Below, piece after piece: positions 14,749-31,059 of a stretch of DNA of 64,000 bases (positions are counted from its first letter, which is position 1; every line of letters starts with the position of its first letter). Source of the stretch: the human T2T-CHM13v2.0 reference genome, Homo sapiens; NCBI RefSeq assembly GCF_009914755.1, contig NC_060942.1; one strand, given 5' to 3'. The position numbers were made by a program, and so were the translations under genes. Below the pieces are notes generated by a model that saw nothing but the letters and a program-made list of their open reading frames with translations, did not search any database and was not told the origin of the DNA.

Positions 14749-15069
<321 letters not shown>

Positions 15070-18000
15070 TTATTTTGAGTTGTCTGCTATATTTTACATT
15101 CTGTAAGATTTCCTGTTCGCTAGCAAAATCCTAAGGGCTACCCAGCCTTACACTTGGTTACTATACCTTCTGCAAATTGCATTGTGTCATAAGCAGGTTG
15201 GCCATCAGGCCCTGAGGCTGGACCACATGGGTTCGGTGCACATGACTTCCTGTTCTGGTGGATGTGCCAACCATAGTCTCCACACTCTCCCTTGAAGGAC
15301 ACCTGCAAAACAAGACCCGGAGTTCTGTACTTAGTTAATATGTTTGGGCCTATACTTTATTTCTGGTAATATACACCTCATGTTACAGATAACCTGTTAG
15401 AGGTCGGGAAGGTTGAGATTTGGAGTCTGGGATGTCTGTTGGATTGTTTGATAACCAGTTACGAAGGCTTTAGGGCACACTCTGAGCTGCTTGCTCAGAA
15501 ATTCTGAGCTTAAGTATATGGCATTGAGATACAATGTTTAAATAAAGAGTTTGTATCCTAAGTCACTTGAGATCTTTTTTTCTTTATAGTAATACTTGTA
15601 TATTCTAAAGTGCTGATGAGCTTGTAAACAATGTGGTAAAACTTTATAGATCAAGTTATCTTACCACTTTCGAATTCAGTTTTAATAACCAGCATCCATT
15701 TATGTAACATATATTTATGATGTTTTAGTGGAAAATGAAACAAATAAAATGAAGCATGGTTTTCCAACCCCCTTTGTAATTTCAATCTTGAGGTTTGGAA
15801 ATTGTTTTCTTTTTTGGCTGTTGAATTTTTAGAAGAGAAATTAGGAATTTGAAGATTTTTTGGAATTCTTTTATTTTTGCTTAACGAGCAGCATATTTGA
15901 CCTGCTAAGTATAGTTCTTGTATTTCTGTAAGTGCAATAAAAGATGAAAGGACTTCCAGTTTGTTTTTACGTGTAAAAGTATTAAGAGACTGTCTTTTTA
16001 TTACCTTCCCACATATTTGGTGATTACATTTTATCTGAAATCTAGATACACAGGTTCTGTACAGGCAACTCCACACTCTTCCTGTGGGTTGACCTAGAAA
16101 ATAAAACAACAGCAAGAACAAGGCTCTTTGTTGACACCATCCTGCTACCCTTCCCTCCAGCCCAGCCTCCCTGTCGCAGAGCTGACATTGAGCCCTGTGT
16201 TATTTATGGAATATGGAGGTTCAATCCCTGGACTGAGGCTTGACTTGACAAATGTTACTTCCTTGGGTCAAGAGGAATCTCTGGTCCTCTGAAGGCTTTT
16301 AGCCTTTATTTTGAGAGTGCAAAATGATAGCTGCAGTAGAAAGTAAAGCTCAGCTCAGTAACCCCCAAAATGTGCTAAATCATTATGAAATGTGTAACAA
16401 TTCACAGCCATCTGTATATTCCTGCTTTTGCAACCCCCGTATGCAAGGGGATTATTTCAGATTTCTGTTATATACTGTGATTTAGCTGCATGCTTTAGAA
16501 CAACATAAACATAGTCTTTATTATAACAGACAACTAAAAATGGAATACTAGTATTTCCTAGATTGTAATTAAAGAAAATGTAGGTAACAGAAAGCCCAAA
16601 GGCTGGATCTAGAGCTCCAGTGTGTTTCTCCAGCCCAAAGAAAGTGAGGTTGTTTGTGTGAACAGGACCCCAAAAGCCATCACATGGTTCTTTTGCTCCA
16701 TGGAAGCTGGAAAGGGCTGGCTGGATCCAGTTCTGAGCCTTGCTCTCATCTACAATGCCGGAGCTGTCCTCTAAGAAAGCTCTCTGTTTGCATCTGTCCT
16801 CAGCAACCCGGCACTCAAGACGCTGTTGAAAGTAGAAGCAGAGAATCTTGGATTCGCAGGGACCTTACATGGGGTCAGCCAGTCCACCCTCTGCAGGCTC
16901 TGAACTCCTTCTGCAAAGGCCTTAGTAAGTGGCCGTGCAGAGCCTCCAGAGACAGCGAATCTACTCCCTCTCCACCAGCTTGGTTGTCTTGAGACCACTG
17001 ATGCTGATGCTGCCTGCTTGTTGCCCTGTACTCCTGTGTGACTGCTTTGTGACTGCTGTGTCTTCCATGGCCTTGGATGCTCCATAAGAATGAGAATCAA
17101 TTCCAATTGATTTCTCTCGGTGCTGGACAAATGGGCAGGTGCTTGAGCCTGTAAGTTGTAGTGAAACCCTTCGTTACCACGTGAAGGCATGCCAGGCAAA
17201 GCTGGAAATCAGAAAGTTCAGATTGGAGTGATGCTTTGCTGACATGTCTGGGCCACACTGTGGTGTGTGCTCTGGCATCCTTGCAGCTTGTTCCACTCGC
17301 CTCGTTTGTGACACTCTCTCTTGCTGCCACACTGGGCCTGCCTCTCCTTCTCCGTCATTATCCTCCCCGATTTGCCTCTTCTCAGCAGACGTGGGCTGTG
17401 AATCTTAATATCCACTCCATTTATTATAAAATGTGTCTAACATAAGCGCAAGGGGCACCAAGGGTGGATTTTTAAGAGCTATGGGATGAGCAGTGTCTTT
17501 GGACTTGGAGAGGGTGTGTGGCCTCCACTGTGGCTGTTCCAAGCTTCCAAGGGTTTTGACTGCATTCCAGATACATGAGGGCATCAGAGTAAGTGATTTC
17601 TGGATTAATGAGGTTGGCTCATAGAATTCTTTTGATGGAATGTACCTTTTTTACTTTCAAGTTGATGCAGTAATGCTAGTAAGGTACTTCTGAGGAGGAT
17701 CCTGCAGGACATATTTTGACGATGAGTTAGTATGTCCTTGAAATTAGTACCATGCATTTCTACAAAATTAGTGTTCTAGTGCTCTTTTTTCCTAAAGTGA
17801 TTTAACTAATATGCTTATTATTAATTTACATAGTAAAGCTTCCAAAGGTACATCCACATAAACTTAAACTCAGTAGAAGCCAAATTCATAGAAACCTAAA
17901 ATTATGCATCAGAAGATGTTTGGGGATTTTTTTAAAAAAACAAATTACAGTGCCAAAAAAGCTCCAAACAGAGCCTGTATCACAGAGGAGAGAAAGACAG

Positions 18001-18874
18001 GAATAGGCATGTTGAGACCAATAGAAAAAGGAGGCTTTGCTAGAAAACAGTGGTTTCTTAATTAGAGAGCCACATGTAGGAGAATGGCTTAGGGATTCTG
18101 GGTGCCTGAGACCGTATCGGTCAAGGCCCCTTCACCACAGAGATACTCAGAGGGAGCCTCTGTGAGGTGGGCTAAGGGGCCCTGCTGAGACCAGCTAATG
18201 GGGGGAGTGGGTTGGGCAGCAGCCAGGTTCTTTCCTGGGGAGGCATTTAGAGGCTTAAACCACATAATAATAGTCCACCCACTGAGGAAGTTGCCAAGCC
18301 TGAACTTGCTAGGTCTTTTTATTTACTTGAAGAAATTTCTTCAGCCCTAAACGTACAAAGCACAACTCGTGATGCCATACCTTCTCCTTCAACCTCCAAC
18401 CGTGTAGTTGAGAAAAATACACTGGAATGTAGTCTATTCCTACAGAATAGAAGCAGAGAAGCAATCGTGGGCCTCAAGTTATGAGGGCAGATACTCTCCG
18501 AAGAGTTCCCAGCACTCTAAAGTACTCAGCTCCCTGTGTGGGGAGGAGGTTACCTCCAGAATGGCAGCCCAGGGCATGACTTGCCCTCATCGCAATGGTT
18601 GGGGCGGAGGCGGGGCTTGGCTTTGCTGGGGGCTACTACGAGGTAAGAAAGGGAGGCTGGGGGCTGGGAGGGCTCACTTCACACAGCATAGAGGGATGGA
18701 TTCAGAGGACGGGCTGGCCTACCCTTCACACATATGCTGACTGAACAGCTCATGGGTCAGATAAAGCCTCTTCGCTGCTGTGAAGCTTACATTCTTAGAG
18801 GCAACAGAGGCATATAGTAGGTGAACAAGCGTCTGTAGCAATTTCAGGTCATGATAAAGGACGTGGATAGAAAA

Positions 18875-20600
<1,726 letters not shown>

Positions 20601-21544
20601 TGGAGAGAGATGTGGAATTGAGGAAAAGACAAATGGTGTGCTTGGTAGGTATGACAGCAGAGGAGAGGGAAGCAAGGGGGTAAAGGGGTTGCATGAATGT
20701 GGATGAATGACTTGGGGTGAGTGGTGTTTTTAAGCTATTCCCTGTGGACTGCACAACACAGTCCCCTCTTTGGGATCCCCCAAATTTACCTATAAATTCT
20801 ACCCATGTCCCCTAACACTGTGATGTGGGCAGATGTGTCTGAGAGGCACAGAATCTTCCTTGGGCTGCAGAACACAGGAAGTAGCTGGAGCTGATTTGCT
20901 ACAACCAGTGATACAGGCTCAAGGGGTGGGCGAGAGGTCATGGATTGATTGACCTGGTCACTGACTGATTTATTCAGTCAACAAACACCTTCCAGCTCCC
21001 TCTGTGCCAAGTGCCATTCCAGGCCCTGCAGCCACAGTGCAAATAAGCCCCCTCAAAGCGCATTTTGCCCATAGCGGGATGGGGCCACTGACAAGCCAGC
21101 AGCTTGGGGTGGAATGTACAGCCCGAGGCAACCTTGCTGTTTCTCGGCTGCACAGTTTGAATCCATTTGCAGGAGGTGTATGAGTTCCTTTAGGAGGAGG
21201 CTTTTGGAAGGAAGTGGAGTCAAGGGCAAAATTGTGGGCAAGTCCCTGCAGCAGCACCTAAGGGGCCCCGGAGGCTGACCCAGAGACCCCAAGGCTGCCG
21301 CAGCCCCAGGGCTGGTAAAGCTGGGGTTAGAAATCTGTGGCAGCTTCAGTTGGGAGGTTTGGGGTTTTCTGTAGGTGAATAACCTGTGACCTCCCCGAGG
21401 GTGCATACTGAGGGAGGGCTTCTGCCTGTGTGAGGGAAGGCCTCTGGGCTTCATGTGGCTCCTGGCAAATGCTGAGCCCTGGATCCAGGGAGTAGGGGTT
21501 CTATGGCTCCAGGCGGCCTTCTCTGCTTGGCTTTAAGAATGGGG

Positions 21545-21945
21545 TACTTGGTTCCGGTTCCCTTCCACCTAAGCTGGCTGTTGTGACTTTGGATGACTTG
21601 TTTAACCTGCTGTTTCTGCTTCTTCACGAGAAAAATAAGAATGGTGCTTATGTCTACCTCACAGTGTTATAGTTGGGGTAAAACGAAGACGTAATCGATT
21701 CAGCACATACTCGTGTTTGAGAGTTGCCAGGTGTGAGTTCTGGAGCCATGCGTCCTGGGTTCATGTCCTGGTGCTGTTTTTTACTGCGTGACTGCAGGCA
21801 GGGAACTTTGTACCTCAGTTTCCTCATCTGCACAATGGGGATGGTACTAACACCTGCCTTCTGAGGTGTCTAATGAGGGATTGTGAGGATCTGTGAAGGA
21901 ATCTGTGTAATTGCTGAGAGCGTCTCATCTAGGAAGTGCTGGGTG
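21545..21945 (+). mobile_element. Two MIR fragments immediately upstream of the 22025 exon
   Basis: tgtgactttggatgacttgtttaacct and tgtacctcagtttcctcatctgcacaatggggatggta cores. Confidence 0.7.
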
Positions 21946-22024
21946 CCCGCTGCGGTTAGGAAGATGCTCTCTGGTGCACAGGGCCTTGTTGGCAGTGATG
22001 TGATGGTTTTATCTCTTCTGCCAG

Positions 22025-22136
22025 TTCCGCCTGGTGGTGAAGACAGCCCTGAAGCTGCTGCTCGTCTTTGTAGAGTACTCGGAGTCCAACGCACCTCTCC
22101 TAATTCAGGCTGTCACTGCTGTTGACACGAAAAGAG
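22025..22136 (+). CDS. FHOD3: FHOD3 coding exon (probably exon 7), 112 nt
   Basis: Acceptor ttttatctcttctgccag|TTC, donor GAG|gtgagt. Phase 0 to 1; encodes [37 protein letters not shown](G). Confidence 0.96.
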
Positions 22137-23353
22137 GTGAGTAGTCCCTGCCCCCTTATGTCATGAAGGTGAAGGTGTCTAATGTAGGGAGGCTTCTGTG
22201 TTGTACATGCTTGAGACAGATATAAGAATTAACAGAATTCCCGAGATGTGGACTTCCCACTGCAAGAAACGTTTTTTAGGATAGTAAGCACACAAAGCTT
22301 AGGGCCGGAATGGGGTTTGATAATGAAAGAAAAGTGCTCATGAGCTTACCTGGGAGAGGTCAGATCCTGAGCTTGTCTTTGCCTCTACCCAGCTCCTGCC
22401 ACTGAAACACAGAAGTCTAGCTCCTCCTCCTGTTCTTCCTGTCTTGTTCAGGGTTTCCCTGGCTCCTTCCTCCCCTCCCCTCTACGCTTCATTGCTTATG
22501 ACCCCCAGATGTTTCTAGAACCTTCTCCCTTCCTCTCCTCCATCCCCTGCCCTGCCTTACTCAGGCCCTCACTAGGTTTAACCTATGCTCCTGGCCACCC
22601 TCCCAAACAGTTCGGTCACATCCAAAACCTGCCAGTGGCTTCCCAGTGCTTATAGCATAAAGTCAGTCCCCTGGCTAAGGGGACCCTTCACCCTTCAACT
22701 CCTGCCCAGCTGCCACCCCCTTCTCCCACCTCGGCTGTACCCCCACCCCCTTACCTTGGGCATGTGCTTTTAAAGCCCATGTATGCACCTCTTCTCTGCT
22801 GTGGTGGTGTTGCCCATCCCTGTCTCTCCAAGTCGGGGTTGCCTGCTCAAGGATGGAGTCTCTGTCTCCCAGAGTGATGTCCCAGCACTCCAGCTGGCCC
22901 AGAGCCAGCAGGCATGCTGCAAACACGTGGCGAAGAACGAGCTTCTGCTCTGGTTTACTGTGTAACGTGCTGTGGACCCCGTGATATTGGGAAGCCTGGA
23001 ATTAAAATGCTTCCCAATTAAAATGATTTTTCTCCTTTTGTCTTTTGTTGTTTGTTTTCTTCCCCAGTAGGACTCAGGTATTATTATCATCATCCCCACA
23101 AAGACTCAAGAACAAAAACTTGACAATACTTTTTCTTTTTATGATTATAACTGTAATACTACTGTTACAATCATAAAAAGTTGGGAAAAGTTTAAAGAAG
23201 ACAATAAAAATTCACCTCTAGTTTCAACAAAGATAATCACTGTTAACCTGTTGGTATATTTCCTTATAGTTGTGTGTGTGTGTGCGTGCACACTATGCAT
23301 AAACCAGCCAGGATGTGTCGGGAAGAAACGAGGGGCCTAAATTGCACTTTTGA

Positions 23354-23714
<361 letters not shown>

Positions 23715-24610
23715 AGTTGTGTCTGTGATTTAGCATTACTCAGACCCACCTTTGAATGCTGAATCCAAATGTGAAAGAAAGTAGCTTGAGTTATTTTAGA
23801 AGTTTAAATGAAAGTTAATGAAAAGCATCCAGGACCTTTAACTGGGGCTCCTATACCCTTGAACATGCAGATAGATGTCGGCACTAGACATGGCTGATGG
23901 CAGGCAAGGAGGCAACTCGAGGTCTCTTTGTTGGGGGTGTGTTAGGGAGGCAAACTCTAGTACATGGACGGGGGCTGTGAGTCTGGAAGGTGTTTCCCAG
24001 GCTGAGGCAAGTTTCTTCTGCCACAAAATGTTGCCCTCTGCTGCTAGGTAGAAAGACCCTTATGGCCAAGAGTAGATCATGGGGCCGGCCCAGAATCCTT
24101 GATAAGGAATGCCAATTTCACAGAAACCAGGTCTAGCATTTCCAAGGCCAGTCAATTAGGTATAAGGTCAGCAGTGTGTGTTTTGGCAGCTGGTAGGCAG
24201 CAGCTTCTCTCCTTCATCCTTGGAGGATTTGTGTTTCATCTCCTAACTCTGGCGGTTGCTTGAGGACAACTAACAAACTCTTCATCTTACTGTCCTAAGC
24301 TTCAGGTAACCCCAGGGCCCTTGCTATGGGTGTGGGTTATAGGGGCCAACGTCTCATGACCTGGGTTCTCCTTTGGCTTTGCTGAGCTTCCAGCTCGGAG
24401 TTCCCTTCCTTGAACTTCATATCCCATAAAGGGAATGTTGTGATGGATGAGGGCATGATCCTGAAATGAACCCAGGCCTTTGTGTATCATATCCAAGACT
24501 CCATCCATAGCCCCAGCCAGAGATTCTCGTCTGTCAGACCAAGTCTCTCCATCAAGATAAAACAATGGCCATCTTTTCCTGATTAGTAAAAATAATAATA
24601 ATAATAATAA

Positions 24611-24957
<347 letters not shown>

Positions 24958-25788
24958 AGCTTTATAGTTTTTGTCTATACAATTTCTTAAACCTTTGGCA
25001 ACTGCTGTTGTCTGTCTGCTGCTGAGCACTAGCAGCTGAAAAAAAAAAAAAAGGAATGGCACTAATGAAAAAACTCAGAAATAGCTTATCATGTGTGGCT
25101 CAATAGCATGTTTCTTTATGGACATGTGTGGTCTTGGCTGTGATTTTATAATGCATACATATAACGTCATCCTATTTTACTGCTAGTAGAATTGTTCCCG
25201 AATCCTATGATGGAATTAAACATATAAATATGCCATGGTATTCTGCAGAGAGCAACATTACTTCCAGGTGTGTTTCCATCTAGTGGGTTTAGAAGCAGCT
25301 CTCCGGTTCCCTCTCAACTGGGTGAGAGAGCAGACAGGTGCCAGAGGTGATTTAGGGTAAACTGAGCATATCCATTTGTCCACAAGTTTGTAAATCATAA
25401 ATTTTACTTCTCAAAGTGGCTTTAGACTCATTCCTCAGCAGGGATGAGTGGACATATAAGCAGTTGTCTTTTTGAATAGTTTCTTTCGGATAATGAAAAC
25501 TGTCAGATTTAAGGAATCAGCAATAAAACCAACAAATAAACTCCCAGTCCTCAAAAATCATTACTACCTAAAGCAAATGAAGTTGTCCAGAACAAATTCC
25601 TTTGGTTGCATTATAAATATAAACATCATGCATGCTGCACGTGGGCTAACCAGAAGGCTTCATTCTGCAGTGTGGGCAATTTGGTCTGGGGCCAAGAGTG
25701 GGCCAGTTAGCAGGGATAAAAGCCAAAGGGGTTAAAGTCCAGCGTAAGGAGTGATCAGTGTTTATGAAGAAGGAAATTTGTTTTTAAA

Positions 25789-26078
25789 TTTTTTTTTTTT
25801 TAGACGGAGTCTTGCTGTGTCGCCCAGGCTGGAGTGCAGTGGCGCAATCTTGGCTCACTGCAAGCTCCACCTCTGCGTTACGCCATTCTTCTGCCTCAGC
25901 CTCCCGAGTAGTTGCACTACAGGCACCCGCCACCTCACCTGGCTAATTTTTTGTATTTTTAGTAGAGACTGGGTTTCACTGTGTTAGCCAGGATGGTCTC
26001 CATCTCCTGACCTCATGATCCACCCGCCTCGGCCTCCCAAAGTGCTGGGATTACAGGCGTGAGCCACCGCGCCTGGCC
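25789..26078 (-). mobile_element. AluY-like element
   Basis: CTGCAAGCTCC and TTAGCCAGGATGGTCTC; flanking aagaaggaaa repeat as TSD. Confidence 0.9.
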
Positions 26079-27481
26079 AAAGAAGGAAAATTTAAAATGT
26101 TCCATTTGACCCAGGCTATTGCACTTTTGCTCAGGGCCTGAGATAAAAAGGTGGATTCAGGTTCATCTGTGGGGCATGGTATGGTATTAATATCAGACCA
26201 CTGGATCATCTTCTCTTTGCTTGCACCTTGAAGTCACTTTCTCTTTCTGGTGGCCAGGGCCTGGCAGGAAGAGAGAAAGGCTCATGGGAGCCCTTAGAGA
26301 GCCTTGCTTTGTCATTTTGCCATATTGGAGACTCCCTTTCCTTAAGGTCTTCCCTGTGGTGGTTGACAGGAAATTGATTGACACCCCTCTGCTGTCTGGG
26401 TATGGGGTCCTTCCTTTTGAGTGAACAGGTTTGCCTCTCCCACAGAGGGTGAGGCAAGTGACCAGAGAGGATAACTCATGTTGAAATTTGTCCTAAATCT
26501 CAGGTCCCACTAATCTGGCTCAGCAGAGCTTTTGAAGTAGTTCAATTTTTCATTTGATAATTCTTAAACATAAGAATTCCTGCTATCACGCATGATTAGC
26601 AGGAAAAAAATTCAGCCATCCTTTCAAGCGATCCCATCTCTACTTTCTGCTTAAGAGTATATCTATCTGTGAAGATCGTGTAAAGTGTAGTGGAAGCTAC
26701 AGGTTGACAGAACTCAAACTCTCTTTCCACTGTTATTTATAGCAGAAGCATCCACATTGAGTGTGTTTATGTAGTATGTGAAAAGACATGGAACATGCTG
26801 TGAGGAGCTTCTGTTTTCGTGTTAGACCAACCCATGTCTGAGGCACTGAGCTAAATACCTTATTTTCCTTCAGATTTAATGTGGAGATTTAGGAAAGTAA
26901 GAGGGGAGAAGTATTGAGCAATTGATTCTGTGTGTATTTATTTATCTGGGTTAAGAGAGGACTGGCCGGGGAGTCAGTGCAGGTGGTCCACCTGGGGGTA
27001 AACTGGGTATCTCCACCAACCACCACCATTACAATTACAGCTACTGATATTTGAGTATCTATCATGTAACAGACACAACTGTAAACATTCTTCACATAGG
27101 ACCCATTTATTCAGCACATATTTGAGTATCAATTGTGTGCTTGCAGTCATCAGGAAAAAAGGCTCTCACAGAACCTGTACTCCAGTGTTTGGGGTGGGGG
27201 TGGGGGGCAGTGGAGTTGGAGAGAGACAGATGACAATGATTAAGTATTGTCTTCTAATGTACTCCAGCAGCGCTAAGGAAAAAAGACAAAGTGCTTTATC
27301 TCAATGACAATTCTCAGTAATCCTGTAAGGTAGGTACAGTCATCCCAGAGGCCTTAGGAGCTCCAGATGAGCTTCCTGAGCCCCTCCATCCCACTCCTTT
27401 GGGATCCAGTTTCTTTCTCTGTTATGTGAAGGGCTAGCATTATATGGTTTATGATTCCAGTACAGGAACCCTCTCCTCTGC

Positions 27482-27482
<1 letters not shown>

Positions 27483-27520
<38 letters not shown>

Positions 27521-27539
27521 GCACACATACACACACACA
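27483..27539. repeat. (CA)n microsatellite
   Basis: About 17 perfect CA units followed by an imperfect CA/TA extension. Confidence 0.95.
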
Positions 27540-29901
27540 TTGTGGGGAGTTAACAAAGGCAATGAGGAGAGTGAGTGGACCCCATAATTCTGACAGGAGC
27601 TCCTAGGAAATGTGCAAGTGCTGGTGTTGAACACAGGCCTAGCCTGAGGCCTGCCAAGGCTATTTTTGTTGAACCAAATGTTTCTTCCCTTTTACCTTCA
27701 TTGTAAATATTTCCGATTTTCTGCCCCAAAACAATAAAAAGAATGAACATCCATCCTAAGAGTGTACAAATATATGCACATTTCCAGACTTAAAATCCTT
27801 AGATGGTAATAAGAGACTCAGATAACACAGCTAAAAACACGTTTTTCAGTTAAATTAAGCCAGTGTTTGAGTGTTCTTATTATAAAGGATTAGATGCACA
27901 CATGTGCATGTGTCTGTTTAAGGGGAGTACCAATGTAGTCTGGCTACCTTTCCCTCTCTCTCTGGGCTGCCTGCCATTGTTCCTTGGCCTTTGCTCCCTG
28001 AGGACCTGTTTCGCATCTTTGGCTCCAGAGTAAGCAACCAAAAGTAGTTCTGGGTCCATTAGCACCACTAGAAAGTCTTAGTTTCGATACTTTCTCCCCT
28101 GCACATTCTTCCTTTGAGCCATGCATGGGTAACTCACTACAACATGTGTTCTATGCCAAGGTTTTATACAAAATGTGAATGTTAGAAGCTGCCCCTGTTA
28201 CAAACACAAATGGCGGCATCCAGATATCTTAAACTGGACAGTGAGACCCAAGGCCTGCTGATCAGATTGATTGACTGTCTTGAGAGCTGAGATGGTTACT
28301 TTGCAGTGGTTGGAAGAACAACTACACCGTGGTGTGGACTTCAAAGTAGTTTGATGATCAATATCAGCAAGGAGATAATTCAGTAGTCAGCAGGTGAAAG
28401 GAGAAAGAACATGTCTTTGTGCTCAGTTAGCAAGGGTCATAGAAGATTGCCCAGTTCTGACTGGCTGGGCAACTTAGCCAAAGCAAAAGGCTTTCTATTC
28501 ACTTAGGAAAGCCAGGAGATCTCCATATTGAGCTACATTTGTGCCTTTTACGTCTTGTAGTAAGTAGGTACCTATTCTTTGTTTAATCCTCTTAAACAAA
28601 TCCCCTTAAATCCTGTCTTCTCTGCTTTTCTTACTGTGTGCATCTGCTTCCTGGTTCTTTTAAAATTGCTTCAGCTTAACCCACTTCCTGCCTTCTCAGA
28701 GATCTCCATTCACTATTCAGCAGACATTTTACTGAGCATGTACTATATGCCAGGCACTGTCCTAAGGGCATGGAGATCAACAAGACAGATACTATCATGG
28801 TCCTTGGGAAACTTTTGTTCTCAAGGCCAAAATCAGCTCTGACATAGCCCATCCAAGGACCAGCATTTGGAAACTACTGTATTTAGGTTATTTCCAAGTT
28901 TACTTTTCTCAAGTAAAAATAAGCAATATCCCTTTGAGATCTTTATAGAGAAAGCACGAAAGAGCTTCATGTCGCAAACCACCAAGCCAAGAGCAAGGCA
29001 ATTCTTATTTCACTTCACTTCAAATATTCATCTTGGGCCTAGAAAACCATGTCAAGGTGTTATGTGCCTCTTTTTGGTCTTGCCCTTGGCTTAGTGGTCC
29101 TGAATGTGAATGCGGAGTATCTCCTGTCCCTCCTAGATCCTGGAAATAACCACCCATAAGCCTTTGCCTGCAGAGCCCAGGCAGCAGTCATCTCTTGTGC
29201 CAAGTCCCCTGCAGTCATCCCTGCTGCAAGAGACCTCACTTGCACAGTGACAGGCTTAGCTGCATGCTTGGACACTTCTCAGCCATTGCTCTGTACTGGT
29301 GTCTGTTCTTGGGCTTATGCCTAGCTGCTCCATTAGATTATAAACCTACTGAGGGCAGCTGCCCAGTAGACCTTGTACCTAGCTGATACTTAATAGTATT
29401 TGTGCCTTGATGGAGTAGATGTAATATACTTCCGTTCTTGAGATATTTGCTAGACAGGCATGTCACTTATTTCTTTGAGTCACTGCTAGAGGGATGTTAA
29501 GATCTTCCACATCCCCTTTTCTTCTGTGCTAATGGATATTCTTAGAGTACTTACCAAGAGTTTTCTAATCTGTAGGCCTACAGAGTTGCAATGATTGGAT
29601 TTTTAAAAATTACATATTTAATATGAAGAAATTTTCAAGCAAGTAAGCATCCAGACACTGAAGCGTACACAATGCTCTTGCCAAAAGGACAAAGATGATG
29701 TGAGATAGGGTTCCCTACTAAGAAATATCCTCAATTAGAAGCATGCTCAAATCCATCCTAAGGATAATGTCACACTTTGAAATTTGGTGACTGAAAGACG
29801 CTGCCATCACTGGATACGTCCTTGGATAATAAACTGTGATGTGAGTTAGATAAAGAATGTTGATGAATTGCTGTTTCTAATGATTTTTGCTTTACTCATA
29901 G

Positions 29902-29996
29902 GGGTCAAACCTTGGTCAAATATCATGGAAATCCTGGAGGAAAAAGATGGAGTTGATACGGAGCTACTGGTTTATGCAATGACTTTGGTGAACAAG
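29902..29996 (+). CDS. FHOD3: FHOD3 coding exon (probably exon 8), 95 nt
   Basis: Acceptor tttttgctttactcatag|GG, donor AAG|gttggt. Phase 1 to 0; encodes (G)[31 protein letters not shown]. Confidence 0.95.
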
Positions 29997-30008
29997 GTTG
30001 GTTGACTA

Positions 30009-30454
30009 TGTTATGGGTTGAATTGCGTCACCTAAAAAGATATGTTAAAGCCCTGACCCCTGGTGTCTGTGCTTGTGGGCTTATTTGGAAATAGTGTCGT
30101 AGCAGATATAATCTGGTTGTGAGGGTGGGCTCTGATGCAGCATGACTGTGTTCTTATAAGAGGAAAAGAGACACAGAGGGAAGACGATGTGAACATGCAA
30201 AGAAGACAGCCACAAGAGGACAGGCAGAGGTCAGAATAATGCATCTACAAGCCAGGGAACGCCACAGATTGTTGGCTGCCAATTGAGGATGAGGCAAAGA
30301 CAGACTTCCTGTAGAGCCTTCAGGGAAAGCATGGCCCTGCTGACACCTTAATATCAGACTTCTAGTCTTTCAAACTGAGACAGAATAAGTTTCTGTTATT
30401 TTAAGCCACCTAGTTTGTGGTACTTTCTTATAGTAGCCATAGGGAACTAATACA
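30009..30454 (+). mobile_element. MLT1B/C-like MaLR solo LTR
   Basis: tgttatgggttgaattg...ccttcagggaaagcatggccctgctgacacctta...gtttgtggtactttcttatagtagccatagggaactaataca. Confidence 0.85.
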
Positions 30455-30684
30455 TTGTGAAAATCTAAAATTTTCCCTCTGAATAAGAGCCACACCATGT
30501 GGACACCCATCACAGTGGCTGGAACCACAGCTGCAGTGTGCAGTACGGGAGAAAATCCTTTATGCGACACGTGGAGTGGATGCGTGCAGGTGTGTGTGCT
30601 TGTGAAGGCCTGTGGGTGCCTGCGTGTGTTCATGCTTTGGTCTTTTCTAGTAAATCCAGGAAAGTGACAGTGAGAATTTTATGA

Positions 30685-31059
<375 letters not shown>

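Noticed and set aside
15651-16121. 156-aa minus-strand ORF
   Set aside because: AT-rich, non-ATG start, no recognisable motif.
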